Below the pieces are notes generated by a model. That model made no database searches, was not told where the DNA came from, and was given only the letters and a program-made list of their open reading frames with translations. A program made the position numbers and the translations under genes. From IMG/VR virus record IMGVR_UViG_3300032030_000076, positions 3,038 through 67,037 of that record: 64,000 bases of DNA; one strand, 5' to 3'. Shown here piece after piece: positions 9,870-18,958 of the stretch. This DNA is from a virus (Duplodnaviria > Caudoviricetes). Every line of letters begins with the position of its first letter. Within the stretch, counting starts at the first letter, position 1.

Positions 9870-12103
9870 GCCGCGCCCCTCCTCTCGTTCGCGCTGCCGG
9901 GCATCGGCTCGCGCGGCATGATGTATTGCGTCCCCTCGCGGTTGTAGGTTTCCTGCTGCTGCCCGCCGCCGTATTCGTCTCCAAGATTCTGCGGCGGCGC
10001 CGTCTGCCCGCCATCGCCGTCTCCGCCGCCGACGCCTTGCTGTTGCTGTTGCGCGCCAAGCTGCGCCTGTTTCGCGCCTGCCGCCTGTTGCAGCTTCGCG
10101 ACGTACTCCTGCAAGTCCAACGACTGCTTCGACGGAATGATCTTGTCGATGTTCGAGATGTCGTACGTCTCCAACACCTGCCTGAAAAGTTCCATGAGCC
10201 CGCGCGGGCCGACCGTCTGCACGAGGAACTGGTTTCCGGCGACCATCTGCATGAGCTGCAAGACCTTCTGCATCTCCTGCTGCTTGAGAATAAGCCCCAT
10301 CACGCCGGTCGGCACGACCTCGACGTCGCCCGTGTAGCCGATGCTCTTGTCATACAGCATGTGGCGGTAGGCGTCCATCTTCACCATCTTGCGGATGACC
10401 ATGCGGTCCAGCGCGTCAATGATCATCTTCATCACGCGGTTCGCCGCCTCCGTGAGCATGGCAAGCCCGCTGTAGGTCCTTCCGGCACCGCCGGTCACGT
10501 TCTGCCCGTACGTGTATGACGGGATTCCAGACACGTCGTCGACGCGCTTGATCGCCATGTTCATCACTTCGAGAATTTCTCCGATCCTCGAATCGACGCG
10601 GAGGACGCCCATCGGAGGCCCGCTCGACACGTTCACCCCAGCGACCTGCCCCTTGAACGCGATGACCTTGCCGCCCTGGAGCTTCAGGCCGTTCGACGTC
10701 TTGTCAAGAAGCCTCGACGCGTCGCTGACCCACGCGATAGGCGCGCAGGTCATGTTCATGTTCACGATCAGCGCGGGAAGACACGCGTTGAGGATCCGCT
10801 GGTACGCGATAAGCCGTTGCGCGAGCGAGTTCCCGAAAAACGAGTCCGGCGCGTCGTAGAACTGCGCCTTGCAGAGCGGACGCCCCATGCACGGATTGAT
10901 GATCCTGCAATACACGCAATACTCGTCGATGACGATTGCGTTCACCTCGTAGTAGTCGGCGTCCGACACCTCCGAGCCGTCGTGCGTCTTCGTCACGCCC
11001 ATGCGCGTCAAAAGGCTGCCCTTGACCTGCCCGTAGTACGAGATTCCCTCCATCATGCAGGAGTTGTCCGCCGTCCAGTTTGACTGCCCGCGCATCTCCC
11101 TGTTCTTCTCGTCGCCGTCCTGCCACGAAAGCCGAACGCCGCCAATCGGATACTTCGCGAGAAGGTCGTCGACGGTATCCGCGAACCACACGCCGTCGCT
11201 CTCCGCAGACTGTCCCTTGGCTTCCTGCGCGTTCAGCCACAACTCGTGAGACGAAATGCGCGTCTTGATGCAGATAGGCCCGTCGTCCGTCCCGGACTGG
11301 TCAGGCGCGGGATATACGTCGAGCGGGTTTACAGCGCGGAACGCAACGCCTTGATGCGGCTTGCGTTTTATGTTCTTCCCGTCCGCGCCGCCGAACTCGT
11401 TCTTCCACCTGACGCACGGGACAGGCCCCTCCCACAGCGCGGTACCGTATATCGTCAGGTATTCGACGCCCGTGTTGAATGCGTCCAGAAAGTCTGCTTC
11501 CTCGAAGTCGTCGCGAACGCGCCGCTCCAGAAGCGCGATCTGGTCGTTGGAATACTCCCTCTGCATGTTCATCAGCTCGCCCATCCGATCGTAGCTGAAC
11601 TGAGCGACGGCATCTTCAGGCAGCGGGCCTCCGGCCTGTTGCGCGACGCCCAGCAGCTCGTCTAGGATCCGCTTCAGGAACATGTCTGTCACGAACTTCG
11701 GAACGTCCGGATGCGAGGTGGATGTGATTTTCGCAGGGAACTGCCCGCTCTCCGAGAAAATCTGCTTGAGCTGCGACAGCGCGGCGGCGCGACGAGTCTC
11801 CGTCGCCGCGTCGGTCATGTCCGCTGGAATGCCGAGCGCGGCCATCTTCGCGCGCTCCGCCGCGTCCGGTTCCGACATGCACACGCGCCACGACTCGCGC
11901 ATCTGCTCATGGAATCCCTTTTCGACCGCGAACCGCTCGTTCTCTAGGAACGTGTCGAAGACGAACCTCGCGAGCGTCATCTCGCGCGGCGTGGTGCGCA
12001 CGTCGCGGTCAAGCACCTCGCCGTCGGCCGCCTCTCCGGCCCCCTTGAAGTCGTTCACGTCCGGCGCAAGCGCCGTCGCCGAAATCTGGTCCAGTTCGTC
12101 CAT
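9866..12103 (-). CDS. Portal protein (745 aa)
   Basis: Size, position after terL, RIDDVSGIP/SYTYG-type segment and GRTYSGLAML motif, Gln-rich tail. Confidence 0.85.
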   Translation of the reverse strand: MDELDQISATALAPDVNDFKGAGEAADGEVLDRDVRTTPREMTLARFVFDTFLENERFAVEKGFHEQMRESWRVCMSEPDAAERAKMAALGIPADMTDAATETRRAAALSQLKQIFSESGQFPAKITSTSHPDVPKFVTDMFLKRILDELLGVAQQAGGPLPEDAVAQFSYDRMGELMNMQREYSNDQIALLERRVRDDFEEADFLDAFNTGVEYLTIYGTALWEGPVPCVRWKNEFGGADGKNIKRKPHQGVAFRAVNPLDVYPAPDQSGTDDGPICIKTRISSHELWLNAQEAKGQSAESDGVWFADTVDDLLAKYPIGGVRLSWQDGDEKNREMRGQSNWTADNSCMMEGISYYGQVKGSLLTRMGVTKTHDGSEVSDADYYEVNAIVIDEYCVYCRIINPCMGRPLCKAQFYDAPDSFFGNSLAQRLIAYQRILNACLPALIVNMNMTCAPIAWVSDASRLLDKTSNGLKLQGGKVIAFKGQVAGVNVSSGPPMGVLRVDSRIGEILEVMNMAIKRVDDVSGIPSYTYGQNVTGGAGRTYSGLAMLTEAANRVMKMIIDALDRMVIRKMVKMDAYRHMLYDKSIGYTGDVEVVPTGVMGLILKQQEMQKVLQLMQMVAGNQFLVQTVGPRGLMELFRQVLETYDISNIDKIIPSKQSLDLQEYVAKLQQAAGAKQAQLGAQQQQQGVGGGDGDGGQTAPPQNLGDEYGGGQQQETYNREGTQYIMPREPMPGSANERRGAA

Positions 12104-12151
12104 TCCAAGGCAAGGTTATCAGCTCGCCGCGCCCGTTTGACCATGTTTGAC

Positions 12152-13711
12152 CTACAGGATCATTTGTCCTATTCCTGCGCCGGACACAACCGCGTCGAGC
12201 GCCGCGTCGTCCGCGCCAATCGAATAGGGATTCGAGAAGTCCATGCCGCTGTTCTTGATGCCGCACACGAGGTATTGCAGCGCATCGTGGACATCCGACA
12301 CGGGATGCCCCTTGTCAGGCTCGTCCGTGTACTTCGCGTCCTCCTCCGCCGCGCCGTCCAGCCGCATCCGCCGATAGTGGTAGTCGCCGTTGAACCCGCC
12401 GATCAGAACCTTGCACGACGGGTCTATGATGATCGCGGGCGCAGCTCCTATCCGCCTGTTCAGTATCTCCGACACGTTGTTGATGCGCGTCACGGACGAG
12501 TTGTGGTATCCCCTCTGCCCGTATGGCGTGACCGGCGCGGGGATGATGTTCATTCCGTACTTGTTCATCGTCTCGATGCAGGTGCTGTCGTCCACCTGCG
12601 TCGGGTCCGCCCCCGCAGGATCGCCGAACCCGAACGTCTTCACTCGGTAAAAGTCAAAGTCGTTCACGAGCATCGGCCGCAGCTTCATCGTCACGAAGTC
12701 CGTTATCCCCATGTTGTCCGACGTGACCTCGCGCAATATCCGAATCTGTCCGTCCAGCCCCATCTGCCCGATCACCGCGCAGGGCGTCCGCCCGAAATCC
12801 TGCCCGTAGATCACCGGCAGGTTCTGCGAGAACTCCAGCGGCTTCTTCGCGACGTGGAAATCGTACGAGAACTCAGGGTACACCGGCCGCCCGGCCTTCT
12901 TCACCACCCACTTGTTCAGCACGAACCTGTCGATCTTTTCCTGCGACGAGCCGAGTTGGAAGCGCCAGTAGTCGAACCCCTCGTTATGGTTCTCCACGTT
13001 CTCCGCCGGAGGATACGCGGGGTCCTGCCCGACGTTGTTCTCGTACGTCACCTCGTTCGTCTCCGGGTCGACCTTCCGCAGAAGCGCGGGCGGCTGCACG
13101 AAGAACTCCCACCCCTCCGGACACTCCGTCTCCTTCTTGTACCACCAGTTCGACACGTCCAGCGGGTTCGTGTCCATCAGCACGCCCAGCGACGGGAACG
13201 TCCTGTCCCCGTCCTTCGCGGGGTATCGCCCAAGTCGCGTCATCGCCTGCTCCACCGCGTTCAGCGAAACCTGGCACGCCTCGTTCACGTATATCCCCGA
13301 AATCTCAAGGCCGAGCAGATGGTCCACAGCCCCAGGCGAGTCCATCGCCCTGAACAGAATCTCGATCTCCATCGGATCGCCCTTCGGCGTCGTCATACGC
13401 AGCTTGCCCTCAAGCGGAGGCGACCAGTGCATCGTCAGCGCGTGTATCCTGCCGAACCAGTTCACCGCAGTCGCCACCGTCGTCGACTTCAGCTCGTCGT
13501 ACGTGTTCCTGATCACCACCCACCGCGCGCGCACCACGCCATCCGCCATCGGCGGCATCAGCTCCGCAGTCTTCCGCACGATCTCCATCCACGACATCAC
13601 CGTCTTGCCCGATCCCGTCGGGCCTCGGACGCACTTCACCTTCGCCGCGCTCGCGTGGAACCTCGCGCCGGTCGGCGTCGCGACGTAGAACTCACCCTTC
13701 GGCCTGGACAT
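12152..13711 (-). CDS. terL: Terminase large subunit (519 aa)
   Basis: Walker A GPTGSGKT, SGIYVNEA Walker-B region, RNase H-like nuclease motifs GQDFGRTP and SDVHDALQY. Confidence 0.93.
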   Translation of the reverse strand: MSRPKGEFYVATPTGARFHASAAKVKCVRGPTGSGKTVMSWMEIVRKTAELMPPMADGVVRARWVVIRNTYDELKSTTVATAVNWFGRIHALTMHWSPPLEGKLRMTTPKGDPMEIEILFRAMDSPGAVDHLLGLEISGIYVNEACQVSLNAVEQAMTRLGRYPAKDGDRTFPSLGVLMDTNPLDVSNWWYKKETECPEGWEFFVQPPALLRKVDPETNEVTYENNVGQDPAYPPAENVENHNEGFDYWRFQLGSSQEKIDRFVLNKWVVKKAGRPVYPEFSYDFHVAKKPLEFSQNLPVIYGQDFGRTPCAVIGQMGLDGQIRILREVTSDNMGITDFVTMKLRPMLVNDFDFYRVKTFGFGDPAGADPTQVDDSTCIETMNKYGMNIIPAPVTPYGQRGYHNSSVTRINNVSEILNRRIGAAPAIIIDPSCKVLIGGFNGDYHYRRMRLDGAAEEDAKYTDEPDKGHPVSDVHDALQYLVCGIKNSGMDFSNPYSIGADDAALDAVVSGAGIGQMIL

Positions 13712-14363
13712 CCACCACCCCCATCTGCGTCTTCCCGCCGCCGAAGTTGAACGTCAGCGCCACCGCAGGCTTGTCCGGCCCGCCGCCCATCGCCGGAACT
13801 CCTTTCTCCCGCCGGAACTCCGGCCCAGACATCACCAGCAGCCGGTCCAACATCTTCTCGCTCTTCTTCCGCCCAACCTCGTTCCCCTCCCTGTCGAACA
13901 CCGCCTCGCCCTCCGTCGCCATCTCGAACGCCGTGTCCAGCACCTGTTGCCCCATCAGCTCCTTCATCGCGTCCCGCGCCGCCTTGTACATCGCGTCGAA
14001 CTCCGGGCACACGAACCTGAACGCCGTCACCTCCGCCTGCGACAGCCCCGCCTCCGCCCGCGCCTTCCCGAAAGTCTTCCCGGACAAGAGCAGCCCGATG
14101 AACTTCACCGCCGCCCGCGCCCTGTTCAACCCTCGCTTCGTCGACCCGAGCCCCTCGTCCACGATCGGACGCAGCCAAGTCTGCGCCATCGAGTCGAAGT
14201 TCTCCCCGACAAGCCCGAGCTTGCCGGCAAGCGCAGACACCGCGCCGACCTCCGCCGACACGTCCGTCTTCCTCGGCTCCAAGAACATGACCGTCTCCTT
14301 CATCGCCTGCTCGCGCAGCCATTTCTTCTCGGCCCACGTGCTTTCCGCAACTATGCGTCCCAT
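13692..14363 (-). CDS. terS: Probable terminase small subunit (223 aa)
   Basis: Overlaps the terL start; helical FDAMYKAARD...LDTAFEMATEG and KSEKMLDRLL pattern typical of TerS. Confidence 0.65.
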   Translation of the reverse strand: MGRIVAESTWAEKKWLREQAMKETVMFLEPRKTDVSAEVGAVSALAGKLGLVGENFDSMAQTWLRPIVDEGLGSTKRGLNRARAAVKFIGLLLSGKTFGKARAEAGLSQAEVTAFRFVCPEFDAMYKAARDAMKELMGQQVLDTAFEMATEGEAVFDREGNEVGRKKSEKMLDRLLVMSGPEFRREKGVPAMGGGPDKPAVALTFNFGGGKTQMGVVDVQAEG

Positions 14364-14619
14364 GCCGACAGTCTATCCGCAATCCGCCCCCGTTTGACTC
14401 CGTTTGACCGAAGCCGCAGCCCAATATCTGCGCTCCGCCAGCGCTACGCCATCCTCCCAGGACGCGCCCCCATCCCCCTCGACCACCTCGCCCCCGTTCC
14501 TTCGCGGGGCGCGCACATACCAGACGCACAGAACCCGCACCAATCCGGCCTCCCTCCGCCTCTCCGGACCCAGAATGCGTCTCGCCACCAGAAAATGGCC
14601 CAAAATGGCCCAAAATCAC

Positions 14620-14990
14620 CCCTGGGCAGGGGGTGGGCAAGTGGGCAGGCAAGCACCCTGCCCACAATCTCTAACATTTTCGCAACTTTTCAATCGCATA
14701 TTGTTAGACACCCTCGCGCGCGCGCGCTTGCGTGCGCGAAATTGAGCAATACGAGGCTATATTATGACCCCATTCGACCCCATTTTTCCTCGTACATATT
14801 TATATATATACCCCTGCCCACCCTGCCCACTCAATATACTTGTATAAAAACAGTAAAAATCATCATAAAAGTGCAAAAATACTGGGCAGGCAGCTTGCCA
14901 CAAAACGCACCCCACCCCTGCCCACCCTGCCCACGACGAAAAAACAGCCGCACGTTCGACCCCAGCCTCGCGCGCCGAAAAAGGGCAGGT
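14620..14990. repeat. Cluster of TGCCCA/TGGGCA motifs in non-coding DNA upstream of terS
   Basis: About nine copies in both orientations, including tandem CCCTGCCCACCCTGCCCAC near 14812 and 14916. Confidence 0.7.
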
Positions 14991-15269
14991 CCACGCCTCG
15001 GACGCACGCCGCTCTAACCCGGCCAAACTCGCCCAGATTTCCCCCGGACAGCCTCGCCGCCCGGCCTCAGCCGCGCCGTAACAGCCACCAGACGTCTCGC
15101 CACATGAAACACAATCCTTGTTTTCACATCAATTCGCAACGCGCCTCCACCAGACGCTTTATGGCAACAGGGAGTCCCCATGACGATGCACACCACGCGG
15201 GCCATCGCGCCTGATCTCTACCCCCCACGCCGGTGTCGTTTGCTTTCCGTTGGCTAAATACCAATTTTT

Positions 15270-15460
15270 AATTGCGAATAATCGCAATTTTGTTTGTTTT
15301 TCTTTAACTTTCGAAATTGCGTTCAATTTTTTCGCAATTTTTAACAGATTTTTTTGCGAAAAACAGTCGTTGGAATGTCGCATAACTCTTGTGTTATGTC
15401 AACTAGCGGGCGATATTAGAAAAACGCGAACACCGCCTTTATCTTGCGCAAACATCGCAA
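15270..15460. promoter_or_regulatory. AT-rich region with TTGCG-Nx-CGCAA inverted repeats (operator/accessory-site candidates)
   Basis: AATTGCGA-ATAA-TCGCAATT (15270-15289), AAATTGCG-N11-CGCAATTT (15314-15340), TTGCG-N7-CGCAA (15444-15460). Confidence 0.55.
15375..15404 (+). other. Xer recombination site (dif/cer-like, 8-bp spacer)
   Basis: ATGTCGCATAA-CTCTTGTG-TTATGTCAACT resembles the XerC arm (GGTGCGCATAA) and XerD arm (TTATGTTAAAT). Confidence 0.7.
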
Positions 15461-15981
15461 TTGATCCTCGCGCGTTATCCTATAGTGGCAGATTTGCAGT
15501 TTTTTTGATGCTATCTGACCGGCTTCGCATGGCTGCCGGCTGTCGCGCGCAACGCGTCGTATCATGTGGACTTTTGGGCGTTGGCCTTGGCCTTCTGATG
15601 CCGGTTGCGGCGGCGATTGCGCGGTTCGGCACGGCCTATTGCGCGTATTTGGCCTTGGGCGCGTTCAGGCTGCCTGGGCGTTGGATTGGCCGTTCTATGG
15701 ACGCGGCGCGATTCTAGAGGCGTTTTCGGGCGGTTCTGGGGTGTTCTTGGTTGGTGGCTGGCGGTCGTGGCTGGTCGATCTGTGGCATTTGACGGGATTT
15801 TTGGTGCGTGACGCGCTTGCGCCGTGCCTGTGCCCGTGCGCTCGATCGCGTCGTGCGTTCGCGCGTTCGCGTGCGCGTTGGTGCGCGCGCGCGTGGGTAG
15901 AAAGGGGATTGAGTGAAGGGGGAAGGAAGGGTAGCGGATTTTTGGGCGCGTGAGACTTTTTCGGTTTTTTTCTGGGGCCCC

Positions 15982-16010
15982 TTGCGCGGGGGCCGGGGAT
16001 GTGGTAGAAT
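15982..16010 (+). promoter_or_regulatory. Sigma70-type early promoter
   Basis: TTGCGC-17 bp-TAGAAT with extended -10 TG. Confidence 0.65.
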
Positions 16011-16154
16011 GGTGGCGTTCCCCCGTGATGGGGCTTGCGGCGAGTGACTCCGACGTAAGGCGTGTGCGAACAACAAACCTTTTGGGCTTGTCCGGGTGCG
16101 GGAAACCGCCAGAGTCAACCGGGCAGGCCCAAATTGCATAATGGAGTGACTCCC

Positions 16155-16829
16155 ATGAGCAACGAGACGAAGAAGGTCGCGAAAGCGGCAAGCCCAGACT
16201 GGGGCGAGAACGGTATCACGCCGGAGCGCGTGACTTGGGCAAAGACTACGCTGTTGGCCAATGCTGAAGAGCACGAGCAAAAGGCCGCGCGGTATATTAC
16301 CGAAAAGGCGCTAAACGTGCTAAAGGCGGCGGACGGCAAGATAATTACGCGGCGACTGTTTGACAAGCTCGCGGCGGCGTGGGGTGTCGAGAAGACGGAA
16401 AATCCTTTTGGCGGCTATCGTTACCCCGGATTGACATGGGGAGACGAAAAGAGCTATTTTGGCCGCAAGTTCGAAATTGAGATCGCGGGCAAAAGCGGCT
16501 ATCGTTACTGCCTGGAGCTAGTCCACGACGGCGGCGCGCTTGATGCTGTGCGCACGGTCGCAAAGTGGACGGAAGAGGCGGAACGCTGGCGGACGTGGGC
16601 GAGGGAAAATCGCGCTTGCGCCGGTTGCATCGAGTTCGCGGCCGCAGAGTATAACGCAATACACGCACACGCGCGAAAGCTCATGGAAGCGTTGCACGGG
16701 CGGCTCGGCAAGGAAATCATCAACCCGGAAATAAGCGTCTTGTGCGCTTTCGGCGGTGATATATACGACAGATTAAACCCCTTCCGCTGGCACGAGTCGA
16801 AGAGTTGGGAAAACGAAAGGAGGGGCTAA
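16155..16829 (+). CDS. Early hypothetical protein (224 aa, start MSNETK)
   Basis: GGAG RBS; first gene after the promoter. Confidence 0.7.
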   Translation: MSNETKKVAKAASPDWGENGITPERVTWAKTTLLANAEEHEQKAARYITEKALNVLKAADGKIITRRLFDKLAAAWGVEKTENPFGGYRYPGLTWGDEKSYFGRKFEIEIAGKSGYRYCLELVHDGGALDAVRTVAKWTEEAERWRTWARENRACAGCIEFAAAEYNAIHAHARKLMEALHGRLGKEIINPEISVLCAFGGDIYDRLNPFRWHESKSWENERRG

Positions 16830-16831
16830 TC

Positions 16832-17239
16832 ATGCAAGCGTGCGACGTGATACGCTATCTTGCCTTGACCATCCGCGACAACTGCGCGAGCGTCAAGTAT
16901 TCCGACGACGGCGGGCGGCTGGATATATCCGGCGCGTGGGTGTATGTTCCCGCCGACGATCTAGTGGACCTTCGGCGGTGCAACGGCGCGATTTATTCCG
17001 GCTGGCTGGCTGGCGTGAACGGTGACGCAAACGCCGGACGGCTGGAGAAGAAAGCCGCGGCCGCTTTGGAAAAGGCGCGGGATATTGTTGCGGCGTGGGG
17101 CAAGTCTCCTGCTGGCGGGTATGTCGAAATCGACGCAGAGACAGCGGCCAGTGCTGGCGCGCTCGTGCTTGTGTGCCATGATGCCGAAGGCGTTTCTAGG
17201 CGCGTGGATATGTCGGCGTTTTTCGGGCGTGGTGCCTGA
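16832..17239 (+). CDS. Early hypothetical protein (135 aa)
   Basis: AAAGGAGG RBS before ATG 16832. Confidence 0.65.
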   Translation: MQACDVIRYLALTIRDNCASVKYSDDGGRLDISGAWVYVPADDLVDLRRCNGAIYSGWLAGVNGDANAGRLEKKAAAALEKARDIVAAWGKSPAGGYVEIDAETAASAGALVLVCHDAEGVSRRVDMSAFFGRGA

Positions 17240-17350
17240 ATGGCGCACTGTGCGCCTTGCCGGTCGCGTTCCTTTTGCCGTCCTTGCGATGGTGGCGGGC
17301 GCGTCCGGCGGGCGGAATCAATCATCAATCAAAGAGAAGGAGTTTTTATC

Positions 17351-17440
17351 ATGTGTGAAATCATCGAATGTGTGGCCGTGTGTGCGTGGGTGCTTGTGCC
17401 CGTTGCGCTGGAAATCGCGGACGTTTTGAGGAGGGCGTAA
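17351..17440 (+). CDS. Small hydrophobic peptide (29 aa)
   Basis: AAGGAG RBS; MCEIIECVAVCAWVLVPVALEIADVLRRA. Confidence 0.45.
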   Translation: MCEIIECVAVCAWVLVPVALEIADVLRRA

Positions 17441-17441
17441 A

Positions 17442-17663
17442 ATGAACGGTCTAACGGATGGTCAGGAGTTCGCCGTCGAATGGCTCTACAAGGCATTAAA
17501 GCGTCTCGCGGTTGCGTGTGACGGTGGGGCCAACGGCTGGTTCGGGCACAGCTCGTGCCGCAACGGCGGTGAGGAGGCCGACGCGCTGGCGAATGCGAAC
17601 GACGCGCTGGCATATGCGAAGAACGAACTGAAGATTGAGCAGGAAAGCGAGGTGGCGAAATGA
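17442..17663 (+). CDS. Early hypothetical protein (73 aa)
   Basis: RBS; ends ESEVAK with ATGA overlap. Confidence 0.6.
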   Translation: MNGLTDGQEFAVEWLYKALKRLAVACDGGANGWFGHSSCRNGGEEADALANANDALAYAKNELKIEQESEVAK

Positions 17664-17839
17664 AAAGTGTATGGAAGGACTTTCGCTGTCGCGTTTGCTA
17701 TTGCGGACCGATTTTCGGATGGTGCGTATATCGCGGATCGTCACAGATGACGGTTTGCAACGTGCGGCAAGGCCCCATGACGCGAGAGGAAGCGGAGAAA
17801 ATCTGCCGCCGGCTAAACGGCGAGGAGGTGGCGAAATGA
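17660..17839 (+). CDS. Early Cys-containing hypothetical protein (59 aa, not in ORF track)
   Basis: Manual translation MKSVWKDFRCRVCYCG...RLNGEEVAK; ATGA overlaps at both ends. Confidence 0.6.
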   Translation: MKSVWKDFRCRVCYCGPIFGWCVYRGSSQMTVCNVRQGPMTREEAEKICRRLNGEEVAK

Positions 17840-18180
17840 CAGCAGACGAAATGCCGATAATGAGGCAGTACAAGGCGTTGAAGCGCGAAGCGCCAGCAGG
17901 GAGCATTTTGCTTCTGTCTATGGGTGACTTCTACGAAGCGTTCGGAGAGGATGCCATGATTCTTTCGCCAAGATTCGACACGCTATTGAGTATACGCGGC
18001 GGTGTTCCGATGACTGGATGTCATCGACTTTCGCTAGACACGAAGATACACAGCAGATTCGCTGGCGGTTTGGTATTCGCCATAGCGGAGGTTATGGAAG
18101 ATCGGCACTCTCACGGCGGATTGTTGCGTCGCGAGATCGTGCGCATCGTCAATGGAGGCGAAAGCGAGGTGGCGAAATGA
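17836..18180 (+). CDS. Stand-alone MutS domain I-like protein (114 aa)
   Basis: PIMRQYKALK...ILLLSMGDFYEAFGEDA...GVPMTG matches the MutS mismatch-binding domain with its F-x-E motif. Confidence 0.8.
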   Translation: MTADEMPIMRQYKALKREAPAGSILLLSMGDFYEAFGEDAMILSPRFDTLLSIRGGVPMTGCHRLSLDTKIHSRFAGGLVFAIAEVMEDRHSHGGLLRREIVRIVNGGESEVAK

Positions 18181-18746
18181 ACATCACGGAAGATGACAGA
18201 ACTACATACGTAGATCACGACATGGTGCAGAGAGGATTGGCCGATGTTGTGCCGTTAAAGGTTACCTTTCGGGGCGCGCCTGAAAGTCAGATTACGGTTA
18301 TGAACGCGATAGAGGCACATTTCATGGTGTATCAATATCGCAAGGACAACGGCGTGACATTTGGCGATTACGAGTTTTTTTTCTGGTGCGGCTGCGACAA
18401 TCGGACGGGCGAGTATGATATGAGGTATTTCTATCTCATGTTCAATGACAAGCAGAGCATGGAAGAGCGCGAGCGCGTATGCTCTCGACTGCGTTTCTTT
18501 CTGGATGGATATTCCGGCGGCGATGTCTGCTTTGAATATCATTCGGAGAAAAACCACGAGGCCATAAAGGTCGAGGCCATGCGCATACTTGCCGGGCTGG
18601 ATCTGGGGCAGATGGTGAACTATCGCGGTCAGCGCGGGCGGTTGAAGTGGTCGCGGGACAATGGCTATTATTTCATGCGGGCCGGGGCGCGGAAATACGG
18701 CTATCGTCTCGACTGGGCGGCCATTTGCGGGATCACTGTGGCGTGA
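18177..18746 (+). CDS. Early hypothetical protein (189 aa)
   Basis: ATGA-coupled start MNITEDD. Confidence 0.65.
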   Translation: MNITEDDRTTYVDHDMVQRGLADVVPLKVTFRGAPESQITVMNAIEAHFMVYQYRKDNGVTFGDYEFFFWCGCDNRTGEYDMRYFYLMFNDKQSMEERERVCSRLRFFLDGYSGGDVCFEYHSEKNHEAIKVEAMRILAGLDLGQMVNYRGQRGRLKWSRDNGYYFMRAGARKYGYRLDWAAICGITVA

Positions 18747-18760
18747 GAAAAGGAGACGAA

Positions 18761-18955
18761 ATGAAGCGGACATGGTATGTCGTGCAAACTTCGCCGCGCG
18801 TGGTCGTGGAGCAGGCGCAGCCGCTGACGCTCACGGAGGCCCGGCGGGCGTTCAAGGCCGCGCGCGCGGCGGGCGTGGAGGAGGACGGCTTCGGGCGTCG
18901 CTTCCCGCGAATCATTAAGGTTATTCAGGAAACGAAAACGATCAAGGAGGGCTAG
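18761..18955 (+). CDS. Early hypothetical protein (64 aa)
   Basis: AAAGGAG RBS; MKRTWYVVQT. Confidence 0.55.
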   Translation: MKRTWYVVQTSPRVVVEQAQPLTLTEARRAFKAARAAGVEEDGFGRRFPRIIKVIQETKTIKEG

Positions 18956-18958
18956 AAC

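Noticed and set aside
12137-13750. 537-aa plus-strand ORF
   Set aside because: Antisense to terL; product is a codon-bias artefact.
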